Source: an uncultured Verrucomicrobiae bacterium
Lineage (GTDB): Bacteria > Verrucomicrobiota > Verrucomicrobiia > Limisphaerales > Palsa-1400
Reading direction: 5' to 3'
NCBI GenBank assembly: GCA_963702845.1
Contig: OY969763.1
Span: 2,752,001-2,816,000 of the forward strand
Length of the DNA stretch: 64,000 nt
Within the stretch, counting starts at the first letter, position 1, and each line of letters opens with the position of its first letter. Below the pieces are notes generated by a model. That model made no database searches and was not told where the DNA came from. It saw only the letters and a list, made by a program, of their open reading frames with translations. Positions 37,513-48,700 of this stretch are shown piece after piece. A program made the position numbers and the translations under genes.

Positions 37513-37942
37513 CCGGACCGTCGTCGTTTGAGCGACGAGGCGGAGGAGGAGGCTCCGAAGGGCGTTGAAAGCGGACGCGCGAGCGGCCGGTGCCGGTCAG
37601 CGAATTTAAAATGAGTGTGGTCAAACTGATGACCAGTCCGCCCCAGAACGCCGCGCCAAAGCCTTGCACGTGGAAATGATTTTCGCCGAGGAGCGCGCTC
37701 ACGGCCATGAGTAATAACGCATTGATGACTAGCGAAAACAGACCAAGTGTCACAATCATCAGCGGAAAAGTTAAGAACATCATGATCGGCCGAATGAATG
37801 CATTCAGAAATCCGAGCAACAATGTGGCGACCATGAGGTCGATCGGTTGATTATAATCGATCCCCTTCACAATTTTCGTCGCAACAAGGACTGCGAGCGT
37901 CGTGATAATCCAGCCAAACAAAAATGATTTAACGCGAGACAT
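37499..37942 (-). CDS. YvlD-like / phage holin 4 family membrane protein
   Basis: LNAFIRP...LTFPL..VTLGLF..VINA, GFGAAFWG. Confidence 0.88.
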   Translation of the reverse strand: MSRVKSFLFGWIITTLAVLVATKIVKGIDYNQPIDLMVATLLLGFLNAFIRPIMMFLTFPLMIVTLGLFSLVINALLLMAVSALLGENHFHVQGFGAAFWGGLVISLTTLILNSLTGTGRSRVRFQRPSEPPPPPRRSNDDGPVIDV

Positions 37943-37995
37943 CTTTTCTCGATGAAAAGATTCAGCACCATCGGTGGTAACACAAGCACGATTTA

Positions 37996-38030
37996 GAAAA
38001 CAAAAAGCCGACCCGTAATTCGGCCGGCTT
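37996..38030 (-). terminator. rho-independent terminator
   Basis: minus strand AAGCCGGCC/GGTCGGCTT stem followed by TTTGTTTT, 14 nt after the stop at 38045. Confidence 0.7.
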
Positions 38031-38044
38031 GTGATTGCGACCTG

Positions 38045-38891
38045 TTATTGCGCAACTCCGGCGCCGACTAATCCTTCGCTAATAACACTTCCGTCCTGCG
38101 CGACGGTGATTTGATATTGCTGATTGTCTTTCATATACAACCCACGGTAACCAACTCGGCCATCGGGGTTCGTGATTTGTTGGACTATGTCAATATGCGC
38201 ATAGCCGGTGCGATCGAGCATCGGTTTTTGCACAGACCAACCGAGGTCTTGAAACGCTAAATTGCCGGTAACTTGTCCGGTTTGCGTGCTCGCGGCCGCG
38301 GCAGCGTTTGAATTGGCGGGGACATTGGCACCGGCGGCTTCGTTTACAGTTGCGCCCTGCAGGAGCCCGCCACTTTCCGTCACGATTACATGCTGTGACG
38401 ATGAGCCCGGCGCCTGAATGAGCGCGTCATAAACAGGGCCCCGGTAAATGCCTTGCACCACAGATGTGATGTCGCCACCGGCGGCTTCCGCCAAGACCGA
38501 CTGTTGCACGATCGCCGGAAGTTGCTGGAATCGAATAGTTCGGGCATCGTTGAGTGGGTCGGCGATCAGACCGCCGTCACCGCTGAGCACAGATCCGTTC
38601 GATGTAAATTGAAGCGTCTGAACCCCTCCGTATTGCACTAAAGTCACGCGGTATGCCGGGCCAGAGTATGTTACCTCGTTCAACGCCTGCTACCACGCCA
38701 CCGCCGGCCTGCGAACGAATTATTTGTTGAACATTGGCCGGTAGTTGGTTAAACCGAACTGAGGTCCGGCCTGTGATCGCCACAGGTCGGCCTAGAACTG
38801 ATCCTCCAATGGTGATGACCTGCGCCTGAAGTCCAATGGATGGGAGCAACAATCCCAATCCAACCACGCTGCTCACGAAAATCTTTTTCAT
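38045..38891 (-). pseudogene. secreted protein with three FxxLP..VQ (PepSY/BLIP-like) repeats; one +1 frameshift near 38671
   Basis: ORFs 38577-38891 and 38045-38683 join as VERG/TYSGPAY, matching repeat 2 VVQGIYRGPVY; GGAGG RBS upstream. Confidence 0.7.
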
Positions 38892-38994
38892 TATTCCTCC
38901 TGCTTAATATCGGCCCTGAATTCAACACGGCTACCTCGGGGAAAAACGCATTTCACAATAAGATTTAAGCTGGGGTGGTGAAAATCGCTTAGGA

Positions 38995-39031
38995 AAAATA
39001 AAAAAGGCGTCCCGCTTTTGCGGGACGCCTT
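38995..39031 (-). terminator. rho-independent terminator
   Basis: perfect 12-bp stem AAGGCGTCCCGC/GCGGGACGCCTT with a U-tract on the minus strand, just after the giant gene. Confidence 0.88.
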
Positions 39032-39047
39032 GTGAATTAGTCGTTAA

Positions 39048-42000
39048 TTACGGGTGGTTTGAGAACACAGCCGTATTGGTCCGTCCAAGCGACATGGTGA
39101 AGGTCAATGGATTGGCCAGTTGATCAGCCAATGGGCCAGTGCTGTCTGACACGGTCCATTTCTGGAAGGTTATGCCTCTGCCGATTGGCGTGGCCTTTAT
39201 TGTGTAATTGTGGCCCACCGCCAGCACCGCTGTGTTGGTCGGGTTGCCCCAGTTCTTCGAGGTCGCATCGGTCACCGAGGTGATCCGGCCAGTCCCGCTG
39301 GTCGCCAGGGTCAGCGCTTGTGGATTGGCAATGAAGAACATGTGCGTGCCCTTCGTGGTCGTGCTCGTGTTGCCGTCCGAGTCCGTCGCCAGGCCCCAGA
39401 AGATGTTGGTTCCATCTACCATGCTCACGTGCGAGAGGAAGAATGCCGGCTTGCCGGCTGCGGTGTTCGTTGCCGTCAGGTCGGTCACCTTCTTCACGAA
39501 TGTCGCCGGGAACACCGCCTGATTGACGGCGTTGCTGACCCAGGCTGACACGATCAAACCTTTATCCACTGCCTTGCCGAGGAAGTCGACATCAGGCGCG
39601 TGATTGGTTCCGGTCGGATCAACTGGAACGTCATTAGTGGTCAACGCGTGTTTGGCTGCCATGTCCGTTGGCTTCAACAAGAGCACCACTTTGGGAACTT
39701 CAGTGTCTTGAGTGACCGTCAGGGAGAGACTGGCTGTGCCACCTGTCGGCGAGTTGTTGCTCACCACGCAGGAGTAGACCGCTGTGTTAGCGGTCTGAAC
39801 ATCCACCAGCGAGTAGGTCGAGGTGGTTGCGCCGCTGATGGCATTGCCGTTCTTGTTCCATTGATAGCTCAGGGTCTGATTGAGCGCACCCTTAGTCACT
39901 TTGGCTACCATGGTGTAGTTGAAACCAGCCAGCAACGTCTTGCTGGGCGGAGCAATTTTCACCAAAGGCGCGTCGTAGACCGTCAGAGTCGCGCTGATGC
40001 TGGTTGCGCCTGAATGGAGCGAGTTGGTCACGGTGCAGTAATAGGAGCCGCCATTGGCCGCGTTAGCTACGTTGTTGATGCTAAGCGTGGCGTTGGTCAC
40101 AGCCGGGATGGTCGCGCTCTTGACCATCTTCTTGGGTGTCGTGGTGCCGTTCTTAACGAAGTACCATTGATAGGTTAACGGGCCAGTTCCACCAGCAGTG
40201 ATGCTGAATGTAATGTTGCTCTTGGTGGTGGCGACCACGTTGACGGGCTGGATGTTGACCGCAGGATCGTTCACGGAGACTACTGCGGCAGTGGTCGATT
40301 GCGTTATGTTATTCGCGGTTACCGCGCAGACGTAGCTGCCACTGTCAGCACCGGTCACATCGGTTTTGCTGTAGATGGCATTGGTTGCACCATCGATGGC
40401 GATGTTGTCCTTGCTCCATTGATAGGTTGCATCCAAGCCAGTCGCAACGACAGTCAATGTAAGAGTCGTGCCAGCGTTGATGGTTTGACCAACTGGCTGC
40501 CCGATAATACCCGGTCCGCACGCGTTAACAGCAACGATAGCTACTGCGCTTGTTACTGAACCGCTGGTTCCAGTCACCACTACGGCGAATCTGCCGGCTG
40601 ATAACGCGTCGACATTAGTGAAACACAAGGTGCTGTTCGTCGCATCTGTGATCGCTGTCCCGTTCGCGTCAGGAGTGAACCATTGATATGTCAGCGCGTC
40701 GGAGCTGGTGGCAACAACGGCAAGGCAGGTGCCTCCGCCGCAATTCACGGTAGTGTTCTGAGGATTCACAACAATGAATGGGTCAATGACAACCAGCGTT
40801 GCGGTCGCGCTTGCTGTGCTGTCGGCATTGTTCGCGGTGACCGTATAACTTCCCGCATCCGAATCCTGCAGGTTGGTGATAGTCAGAGAGGCGGAGGTCG
40901 CACCAACGATGGTGGTGCCGTTATCGGTGACAGGGTTGCCGTCTTTGATCCAGCTATAGGTGAATGGAGCAGTGCCGTTCGCCACGACTGTGAAGACAGT
41001 GGTTTGGGCGAAACCGTTGGTGGCGTTATCCGGGCCGGTTAAAGCAACGGGATCGATAACGGTCAACGACGCAGCGAAGCTGGTCGGCGATCCATCAGGG
41101 CCGGTGACGACGCAGCTATATGCGCCAGTGTCGCCGGATGTCACCGAGGCGATCGTTGTTGATGCCGCAGTTTCGCCGGAAATCGGGTTGTTGTCTTTCA
41201 GCCATTGGTAGGTGAGTCCGGTGCCGATGGCAGTGACACTGAACGTGGCGCTATGACCGGTGGCACGAGTGAGGCTGACAGGATTTGCAGTGATGACAGG
41301 ATCCTGAACGGTGAGGGTCGCGGCTGCCGTGGTGGCGGGAGTACCGGAACCGGAAACGGTACAAGTGAAGGAACCTTCGTCGCCTTGCAACACGCCGTTG
41401 ATGGAGAGCGCGGCTGTGTGGGTGCCAGAATAACTCGCGCCGCTGGCCCCGGCCCCGTCGATCAGAGGTGTTCCGTTAAGGGACCAGGCGTAGGTGAGTG
41501 TTCCGGAGCCAGTCGCAATGCAGGCGAAGCCGATGTTATCACCGGCGTTGGCCGAAACGTTCGCGGGCGATGTCACGACCAGCGGATCGTTGACGGTCAA
41601 TATCGCAGTGCTCGATGCGGAGCTGGCTTCGTTGGTGACGGCAATGGTGTAGCTGCCGTGATCTGCAAAAGCTACACCGGTCAATGTTAAGCTGGGGGTG
41701 CTCGATCCGCTGACGATGCCGCCATCGGTGAGGTTAACACCATTTTTCTTCCACTTGTAGGTGATTGTGCCGCCGCCGGTCGCGGTCGCACTGAAGGTTA
41801 CGGTATCTCCATAGTTTGCAGTAGCGCTCGCCGGAGGGCTGGTGATGGTGACGCCGTCAATCACGGTGAGGGTGGCCGAGTTCGTCACAGAGCTCGGAAT
41901 GGCGTCACTCACGACGACCGTGTAGGTATCGATATCAGCAGCGGAAGCGCCAGTAATGGTCAGCGCGGAGGTGGTTGCACCGACGATATTGCCGCCATTG

Positions 42001-45000
42001 CTGAGAGGAGTCCCACCTTTTGACCATTGATAGGTGAATGGCGCGTCGCCGGTTACAGCAATCGTGAACACGGCATTGGCGCCGGTCGCGACTGTCTTAT
42101 TCGCAGGAGCCGTCGCTGTGATAACGGGCGCCTGAACGGGACCAAAGCGGACGCCGCGCAGTAATTGATTAGGGCCGGCAGTCGATAACACGGTCGGCGT
42201 TGAACCGGAACCGCCATCAACAATGCGAACGAGACTGTTCGCCTGCGCCGCTGCTGTCGTTGCATAGAGAATCGCGCCAGTTACACCGGTGCCCCAGCTC
42301 GTGTTCGCGCTCCAATCTACCGTCAAACAACGAGCGCCATTGGTGCCCCCGGGTAGCGCTTGCAAAGTGTAAGCGTAGGTCCAGCCGCCGGAGGGGCTGT
42401 TGGTGTCGTAGCGTTCGATGCCACCCTTTTGAGAACCATCGTAGGTGCGGTCATCCGCGATGAAGACGGTTTTCAAATCTGGACTGACGGCGAAGTCCTG
42501 GAAGTTGGTGCCGTTCAACGGAGCCAGGAGCAACGATGAATTGGTACTGCCGTTCGCTGCGATTTTCGGCAAGCCCGCGCATACGTTCAGACCAACACTG
42601 CCGGAAGTATCGCAGTATACCAGATTGCCACCGACAATATCGACGCAGTGCGGACCAGCACCGCTGCTCGACGAAATACCCGGAACGCCGCCGCCATTCG
42701 AATAGCTCGCTCCCCACTGCACATACTTAACACCCGCGCTTCCGGCCGCGCCGGCCGTCCAGAAATTCGTTAAGCCGTCGTCCGAAACTGCCGCGCGTAC
42801 GAATTGATTTCCGCCGTTATTGATCCCTTTGTTCGTATACGTTAGCGCGTAGTACCCAAGTGCATTGACAGCACCGATGGCGCGGATCGCGCTGCTACCA
42901 TTATTGACGTTAAAGTTCGTCGACGGATACGCGACGTTGTAACCAATAAAGTTGATATAATTGGTGTTGGCCGAGCGCGTCAGAACGCTCTCGAAGATTC
43001 CATCCGACGATCCCATCGTCAGTAGCATGACATTTGTCCCAGTCGGCACTCCTTGGATGGATTGGTCAGTGCCGAACGCGGAGGTCGGCGTGTCGGGAAT
43101 CATGATCGTGCTGACATATCCACCACTGGTATCAAACTGATCAAGGTAAAGGGTGTTGCCAATGGTCGCGTTCAACGTCTGTGAACCGTCGCCGACGCGT
43201 GCGACAATCAGGTTTGCTGAGGACATTCGCAGGTAATCGGTCGAGACATTCAACGTGCCACTCGCCGTCGCCGGGATTCCAGCAGCATTATTCACGGTCA
43301 CAGCGTAAGTTCCCGCGTCACTCGTCTGAATACTGCTCAGCGTTAACACGCTTGTCGTTTGACCTAGAAGGTTATTGCCATTGTGCGTCCAGGAATAGGT
43401 GAAGGGCGATGTCCCGGTTGCGCTCGCTACAAACGCGAGGTGATCGCCGACTCTTTGTGTTCGCGTCGCTGGAGTTACGGAAACCGACGCTGGAACATTA
43501 ACCGTCAGGATGGCACTGCTACTGGTTGCGGTAGCGGTGCTAGCAGCGCTGGTAACTCTAACACTATAACTGCCAGCGTCCGTTGTTTGAGCGCCTGAGA
43601 TTGTAATTACCGAGGTCGCCGCGCCAGAAATCGAGCCGCCGTTGTTAAGCTGGTTGGCGCCCTTATACCACTGATAGTTCAGCGTGGGCGACCCGTTTGC
43701 GGTGACACTGAAATTAGCCGTATTGCCGAGTACCACAGCAGTTGAGGAAGGTGGTGTAACGACGTACGGATCATTCACCGTCAGCACTGCTGAGCTTGAA
43801 GTACTACCCGCTGTGTCGGTAATCAAAACCGTGTAACTGCCTGCATCTTGATAATTGACGCCTGAAATTGTCAGCGCCGAGGTCGTGGCACCCGAAACCG
43901 TCGCGCCCGAGCCGGAGATGCTGGCGCCATTGCTCAAGTTATTCGCACCCAGTTGCCATTGATACGACAAGCCAGTCGCGCCGGCCGCCGAAACGGTGAA
44001 TTTGGCGGTTTGGCCATAGTTGACGTTCGTATTGGCTGGCGGGGTGACAACACCCGGATCCGTAACTGTCAATGAAACGGTTGAACTGGTAACACTCGCA
44101 CCATAGACGTTCGACACCACACACGTGAACGTTTCACCACTGTCGGCTATTTGCGCGTTCCCGATCGTCAAATTAGCTGATTGTGATCCGGAAATAGTCG
44201 CACCCGTTGCACTTGGACTTGCGCCGTCAGTCAGGTTCGCTCCATTCATCTTCCATTGGTAGGTTACCGGCTGGCTGCCGTTCGCTGTCACCGAGAAGTT
44301 TGCCGATCCGGTGGGATACGTAACCTGCGGCGTCGGCTGCGAGGAAATGGAAGGATCAGAAACTGTAATGACTGCAGGCGAGCTGGTGATGGAAGAAATC
44401 GCATCTGTGGCAATAGCGGTGTAACTAGCCGAATCCTGTGAAGTTACTCCAGCGATTGTCAGTGAGGCTGTTTGCGAGCCAGAGACAACCGCGCCGTCAG
44501 GCAAGGTGCTGTCGGTGAGGTTCACACCATTGCGTTGCCACTGGTAACCGTTCATCGTAATACCACCGGCAACCGCCTTGGCACTGAGCGTCACGGTAGT
44601 GCCCAATGCGTAGGTACCCGAAGCAGGTTGGTTGGTGAACTCAGGGCCGCCGGTGACATATGCCCACGTCGTTCCCATGCGCATACTTCCTATCACAACG
44701 CCATTCGTTGGAGTGCTGTTGGCACCGCGTGCCAACATAAACCAACCTGCCGCGTTGGTAAGAATTCCGCCGCCGTTTGGAACCAGATGATTCACCAATT
44801 CGGTTGGCGGTGTGGCTATGCCGAATGAAGCTGTCGGCGGATCAACCCACAAACGCATCCAGTCATTTGTTACCGTGTTGGAAGTATTAGTTCCGCCAAA
44901 TTCATAGCTCATAACCACGAAATAAGTCGTGTTGCTGATCATGTATCCGTTGTTATTCGGGATTGGCGAGGCCAGCAAATTCGTGGATTTGGCGGCGGTA

Positions 45001-45635
45001 CCGAAGCCGCCACTGCTGTCACCCCAACCAATCTGGAATGCATTTGTCCCAATGTTGCTCCCATTAACGTTATTACTACTCGCCCAGAAAAACCGCGCGG
45101 TATTACCATTGACAGAGCCGTTGAACGTTTGTGTCACTTGTCCGCTTGGCACCATCCCCATCAGATATATACCTGACCCAGCAGCATTCGCGGTCGGAAG
45201 ACTCATTAGAAACGACACGTAAACTTTGTTGGTCGTACTGGTGTTCGACGGCGGATATACGACTTTGCTGAAATTGAGCGTCGCTCCAGGACCATTGCTG
45301 CTGCTACTTCCGATGTTCGGCAAGAATGCGCATTGATTCGGCTCGGGGAATCCGGAGGGAATCTGCGAAACACCGAGCGCGTTGGTGTAATGCAGGGTAA
45401 TATTGGTGATTGAGACCGGTAATTTGGTAGCGGCAGGGCTGCCGGCAAACCAGAACTCTCCCATGCCGTTCGTCTGGTTAGCCAATTGCGCTTTGTTGGT
45501 GTAACTGGTGGTTGCCGACCAACCGTTGGTATCGCCGACCGTGGAGTTTGTTATGCTGACAAACGGTTCGTATGTAGGAAACGCGAATAGCGTCGGCGCG
45601 ATCGCCAGCGCCAGTAAGGTGAGGGTCTTTTTCAT
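39048..45635 (-). CDS. giant secreted immunoglobulin-repeat surface protein (about 2195 aa)
   Basis: signal peptide MKKTLTLL, more than ten Ig I-set-like repeats (YQW..NG, D.GSY.V), one RVGDG domain, C-terminal InlB B-repeat-like domain. Confidence 0.88.
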   Translation of the reverse strand: MKKTLTLLALAIAPTLFAFPTYEPFVSITNSTVGDTNGWSATTSYTNKAQLANQTNGMGEFWFAGSPAATKLPVSITNITLHYTNALGVSQIPSGFPEPNQCAFLPNIGSSSSNGPGATLNFSKVVYPPSNTSTTNKVYVSFLMSLPTANAAGSGIYLMGMVPSGQVTQTFNGSVNGNTARFFWASSNNVNGSNIGTNAFQIGWGDSSGGFGTAAKSTNLLASPIPNNNGYMISNTTYFVVMSYEFGGTNTSNTVTNDWMRLWVDPPTASFGIATPPTELVNHLVPNGGGILTNAAGWFMLARGANSTPTNGVVIGSMRMGTTWAYVTGGPEFTNQPASGTYALGTTVTLSAKAVAGGITMNGYQWQRNGVNLTDSTLPDGAVVSGSQTASLTIAGVTSQDSASYTAIATDAISSITSSPAVITVSDPSISSQPTPQVTYPTGSANFSVTANGSQPVTYQWKMNGANLTDGASPSATGATISGSQSANLTIGNAQIADSGETFTCVVSNVYGASVTSSTVSLTVTDPGVVTPPANTNVNYGQTAKFTVSAAGATGLSYQWQLGANNLSNGASISGSGATVSGATTSALTISGVNYQDAGSYTVLITDTAGSTSSSAVLTVNDPYVVTPPSSTAVVLGNTANFSVTANGSPTLNYQWYKGANQLNNGGSISGAATSVITISGAQTTDAGSYSVRVTSAASTATATSSSAILTVNVPASVSVTPATRTQRVGDHLAFVASATGTSPFTYSWTHNGNNLLGQTTSVLTLSSIQTSDAGTYAVTVNNAAGIPATASGTLNVSTDYLRMSSANLIVARVGDGSQTLNATIGNTLYLDQFDTSGGYVSTIMIPDTPTSAFGTDQSIQGVPTGTNVMLLTMGSSDGIFESVLTRSANTNYINFIGYNVAYPSTNFNVNNGSSAIRAIGAVNALGYYALTYTNKGINNGGNQFVRAAVSDDGLTNFWTAGAAGSAGVKYVQWGASYSNGGGVPGISSSSGAGPHCVDIVGGNLVYCDTSGSVGLNVCAGLPKIAANGSTNSSLLLAPLNGTNFQDFAVSPDLKTVFIADDRTYDGSQKGGIERYDTNSPSGGWTYAYTLQALPGGTNGARCLTVDWSANTSWGTGVTGAILYATTAAAQANSLVRIVDGGSGSTPTVLSTAGPNQLLRGVRFGPVQAPVITATAPANKTVATGANAVFTIAVTGDAPFTYQWSKGGTPLSNGGNIVGATTSALTITGASAADIDTYTVVVSDAIPSSVTNSATLTVIDGVTITSPPASATANYGDTVTFSATATGGGTITYKWKKNGVNLTDGGIVSGSSTPSLTLTGVAFADHGSYTIAVTNEASSASSTAILTVNDPLVVTSPANVSANAGDNIGFACIATGSGTLTYAWSLNGTPLIDGAGASGASYSGTHTAALSINGVLQGDEGSFTCTVSGSGTPATTAAATLTVQDPVITANPVSLTRATGHSATFSVTAIGTGLTYQWLKDNNPISGETAASTTIASVTSGDTGAYSCVVTGPDGSPTSFAASLTVIDPVALTGPDNATNGFAQTTVFTVVANGTAPFTYSWIKDGNPVTDNGTTIVGATSASLTITNLQDSDAGSYTVTANNADSTASATATLVVIDPFIVVNPQNTTVNCGGGTCLAVVATSSDALTYQWFTPDANGTAITDATNSTLCFTNVDALSAGRFAVVVTGTSGSVTSAVAIVAVNACGPGIIGQPVGQTINAGTTLTLTVVATGLDATYQWSKDNIAIDGATNAIYSKTDVTGADSGSYVCAVTANNITQSTTAAVVSVNDPAVNIQPVNVVATTKSNITFSITAGGTGPLTYQWYFVKNGTTTPKKMVKSATIPAVTNATLSINNVANAANGGSYYCTVTNSLHSGATSISATLTVYDAPLVKIAPPSKTLLAGFNYTMVAKVTKGALNQTLSYQWNKNGNAISGATTSTYSLVDVQTANTAVYSCVVSNNSPTGGTASLSLTVTQDTEVPKVVLLLKPTDMAAKHALTTNDVPVDPTGTNHAPDVDFLGKAVDKGLIVSAWVSNAVNQAVFPATFVKKVTDLTATNTAAGKPAFFLSHVSMVDGTNIFWGLATDSDGNTSTTTKGTHMFFIANPQALTLATSGTGRITSVTDATSKNWGNPTNTAVLAVGHNYTIKATPIGRGITFQKWTVSDSTGPLADQLANPLTFTMSLGRTNTAVFSNHP

Positions 45636-45658
45636 ACTGGTTTTTTGGGATGTCCCCA

Positions 45659-45684
45659 TCAGGCTGAATACCGATTCAGCCTGA
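45659..45684. other. intergenic 11-bp hairpin (possible mRNA processing or stability element)
   Basis: TCAGGCTGAAT-ACCG-ATTCAGCCTGA between the two giant genes; no U-tract directly after it. Confidence 0.55.
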
Positions 45685-45737
45685 AGGCGTAGTTTTGGTT
45701 TTAGGGTCTTGGTTTTGAGACTCAGGGTTACTGGGAA

Positions 45738-48700
45738 CTACGGAATCGTAATCGTGTAAAACTGCTGTTTGAATGCAGGAGCGTTAGTATCGGTAAAACT
45801 GTCGGCGCCCCCAGTGAAGGCTCCGTTGGCCAACAAAGTCCAAGTCGATGTAATCGGTTTCAGCGCGACGTTGGTACTGCCCCACACCCGGTAGCTGCTG
45901 CCGGCGGTTCCGCTGAAATTAAGTTGCACCGTTTTGTCAGGGTTCACGACCACGGGACTCGTGCCACCGCCACCGAATTGCGAGAAGACAACTGTTAAAG
46001 CCCCAGCGGTGCTCGTGGCAGAACCGCTCGGATTTGGATTGCTGACAATCACGCTGAAATTGTCGCTTGAATCACCCACTGCGACATGGCTTACGGTCAA
46101 GACCGCGCTGGTGGATCCTGAAATGATTGCGCCGGTGCCTGATGGACTCGGGCCGTCGGTTAATGGATTGCCGTTGCGTTGCCACTGATATGTAAACGGT
46201 CCGCCCGCAGCAGAAACGGTAAAGGTCGCGCTCGTACCGACACCGGCAGTTACATTTTGTGGTGGAGTCACGATGGTCACGCCCGCCGGACCAGGACCGA
46301 AACGCATGCCGCGATACAATTGGTTCGGGCCCGCTGCCGCAAGGACCGTCCCAGTCGACCCAGGACCATTGTCAACAATTCGGACAATGCGATTTGTCGA
46401 TGCTTCCGACGTGGTCGCATAAATGACGGCGCCATTGACGCTTGGTCCCCAGCTTCCGCTGGCGCTGTAATCGACGACGATGCAGCGCGCGCCCCCCAAA
46501 GAATTGCCACCCGTCGCAAGTGTATAGGACAGGACGTAAGTTCCGCCGACATTGTCCCAGCGTTCGATTCCGCCATAACCCGCGCCGGTGGTGTAATTTT
46601 CGTCATCCGCGATATAAACCGTCGCCACGTCCGGGCTGATTGAAAAGTCGTTAGGGCTCGCCGTCGGCCCCACGTTGATAACCAACGTCGGGGTAGCCGT
46701 AGTGTTGGGCAAACCTGTCAACGCATTCAATCCAGTCATGCCGTTATCACCAACGTCGGTAAACGCAAGGTTACCATGCGGCGTGATGTCAACGACGCGA
46801 GTTCCGGACAAGCCGCCGGCAATCGCAGTGGTTGCCCCGCCGTTGTGCAGGTACTTCATGCCTGCAACGGTGCTCGCCGAACCTGTCGTCCAGAACTGGC
46901 TAATGCCATCAGATGATACAGCGCAACGGAATTGCGTGCTGGCGTTGTAGAGCCCCACGTTGGTAATTGCCAGGGAATAGGCGCCGTAGGCGTCGACCGC
47001 AGCCATGCCACGGACCGTGCCGGCATTTCCATTGCCATAGCCAACGCCGGTCGGTCCATTATAGGGCTGCGATACGTTGAATCCGGACAAGTTCAAATAA
47101 CTGGCGTTTTGTGACAACGTCATCACGTTTTCGGTCAACGCATCCGAACCACCAGCACCGATCAGCGCATTGGGCAACGTGTCCGGGATCATGATCGTGT
47201 TGACGTACGTGCCGTTGGGTTTGAATTGATCGAGATAAATGGTGTTCCCTGTAAAACTGCTCAATCCCTGTGAGCCGTCGCCGACGCGCACTGCGACAAT
47301 GTTCGTTGGATAGAGATTCTGCAAACCAGAGGTGACGGTCAATGTCGCCGAGTTGGTTACTGAGCCGTTCGGAGTTGTAATCCTCACGGCATAAGTTCCC
47401 GAATCGGAAGTTTGGATGTTGCTCAGCGCAAGAACGTTGTTCGTTCCGGAAATCGGCGAGCCATTCTTCGTCCAGGAGTAAGTAAATGGCGGAGTCCCGA
47501 GTGCCACGACTGTAAAAGCCATGTGATCACCGGCAGTTTCGACGCGCGATTGCAACGGGGTCAGCACCACCGGCGGCGCCGCGATGACGGAAACGACCGC
47601 AACCTGGCTGGTCGCACCGCTCGGCAGCGGATCACTGACGACGACGGAATAGCTGCCAGAATCAGAAGTTTGGGCGTTGGTGATCGAAAGGACGGAGTCG
47701 GTCGCGCCTGAGAGATTAACTCCGTTCTTTTTCCATTGATATGAGAACGGAGCATCACCAGTTGCGGCGACGCTCAGGCTGACGGTCTGCGCGACGAAGT
47801 TGGTTTGGGTTTGCGGCTGTGTGGTAATCTGTATAGGCACTGCCACGGGGCCAAAACGCACACCGCGCAAAATCTGGTTGGGTCCGGCTGCGGTCAGGAC
47901 ACTCGCGGCTGAACCTGAGCCGTTATCGACAATTTTAACGAGGCTATTATTTTTGCCCGAAGTGGTCGCGTAGATGATTGCGCCGTTGACACCAGGTCCC
48001 CATACCGTATTCGCGCTAAAATCAACAGTCATACAAGAAGCACCGTTTGTTCCCGCGCCCGACGCCAGAGTGTAACTATAGGTCCATCCACCGGAGGCGC
48101 TGTTCGTGTCCCAACGTTGGATTCCGCCCGCTTGCGTGCCGTCATAAACGCGATCATCCGCGATATAGATCGTTTGCAGATCCGGGCTCGCTGCAAAATC
48201 AACGGGACTGCCGCCCTGATTGAGAACCAGTGTTGATGCTACTGTTCCACTAGTTGGTTTAGGCAATCCATTGAAAGCATTAAGACCGATATTGTTAGTT
48301 GAATCTGTAAAGACGACATTGCCGCCGACGATGTCTACCACGCGAGTGCCAGGACCGCTGCCTGAAAGCCCGGGCACGCCGCTTCCTGTGGCATAGCTCG
48401 CAACACCGACCTGCACATACTTGAGCCCTCCTGAACTTGCCGCACCTGTCGTCCAGAAATCTACCAGCCCATCGTCTGAAACAGCGGAGCGAATGAATTG
48501 ACTGCCGCCGGAATAAAGGCCGAAATTGGTGTAAGCCAATTGGTAATAACCAATGGCATTCACCGCACCGATGCCGCGAATATCTGCCGTGCCGTTAATC
48601 GGATTGGCGACAGCGGGGATGGATACATTGTAAGCTGCAAAATTAAGGTATTGTTGATTGGCAGAACGGGTCAGCACATTTTCGTAAAACGCATCAGCTC

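Noticed and set aside
37499..37942. Holin-family gene as support for a prophage
   Set aside because: YvlD-like proteins are common chromosomal membrane proteins; there is no endolysin nearby and it is far from both terminases
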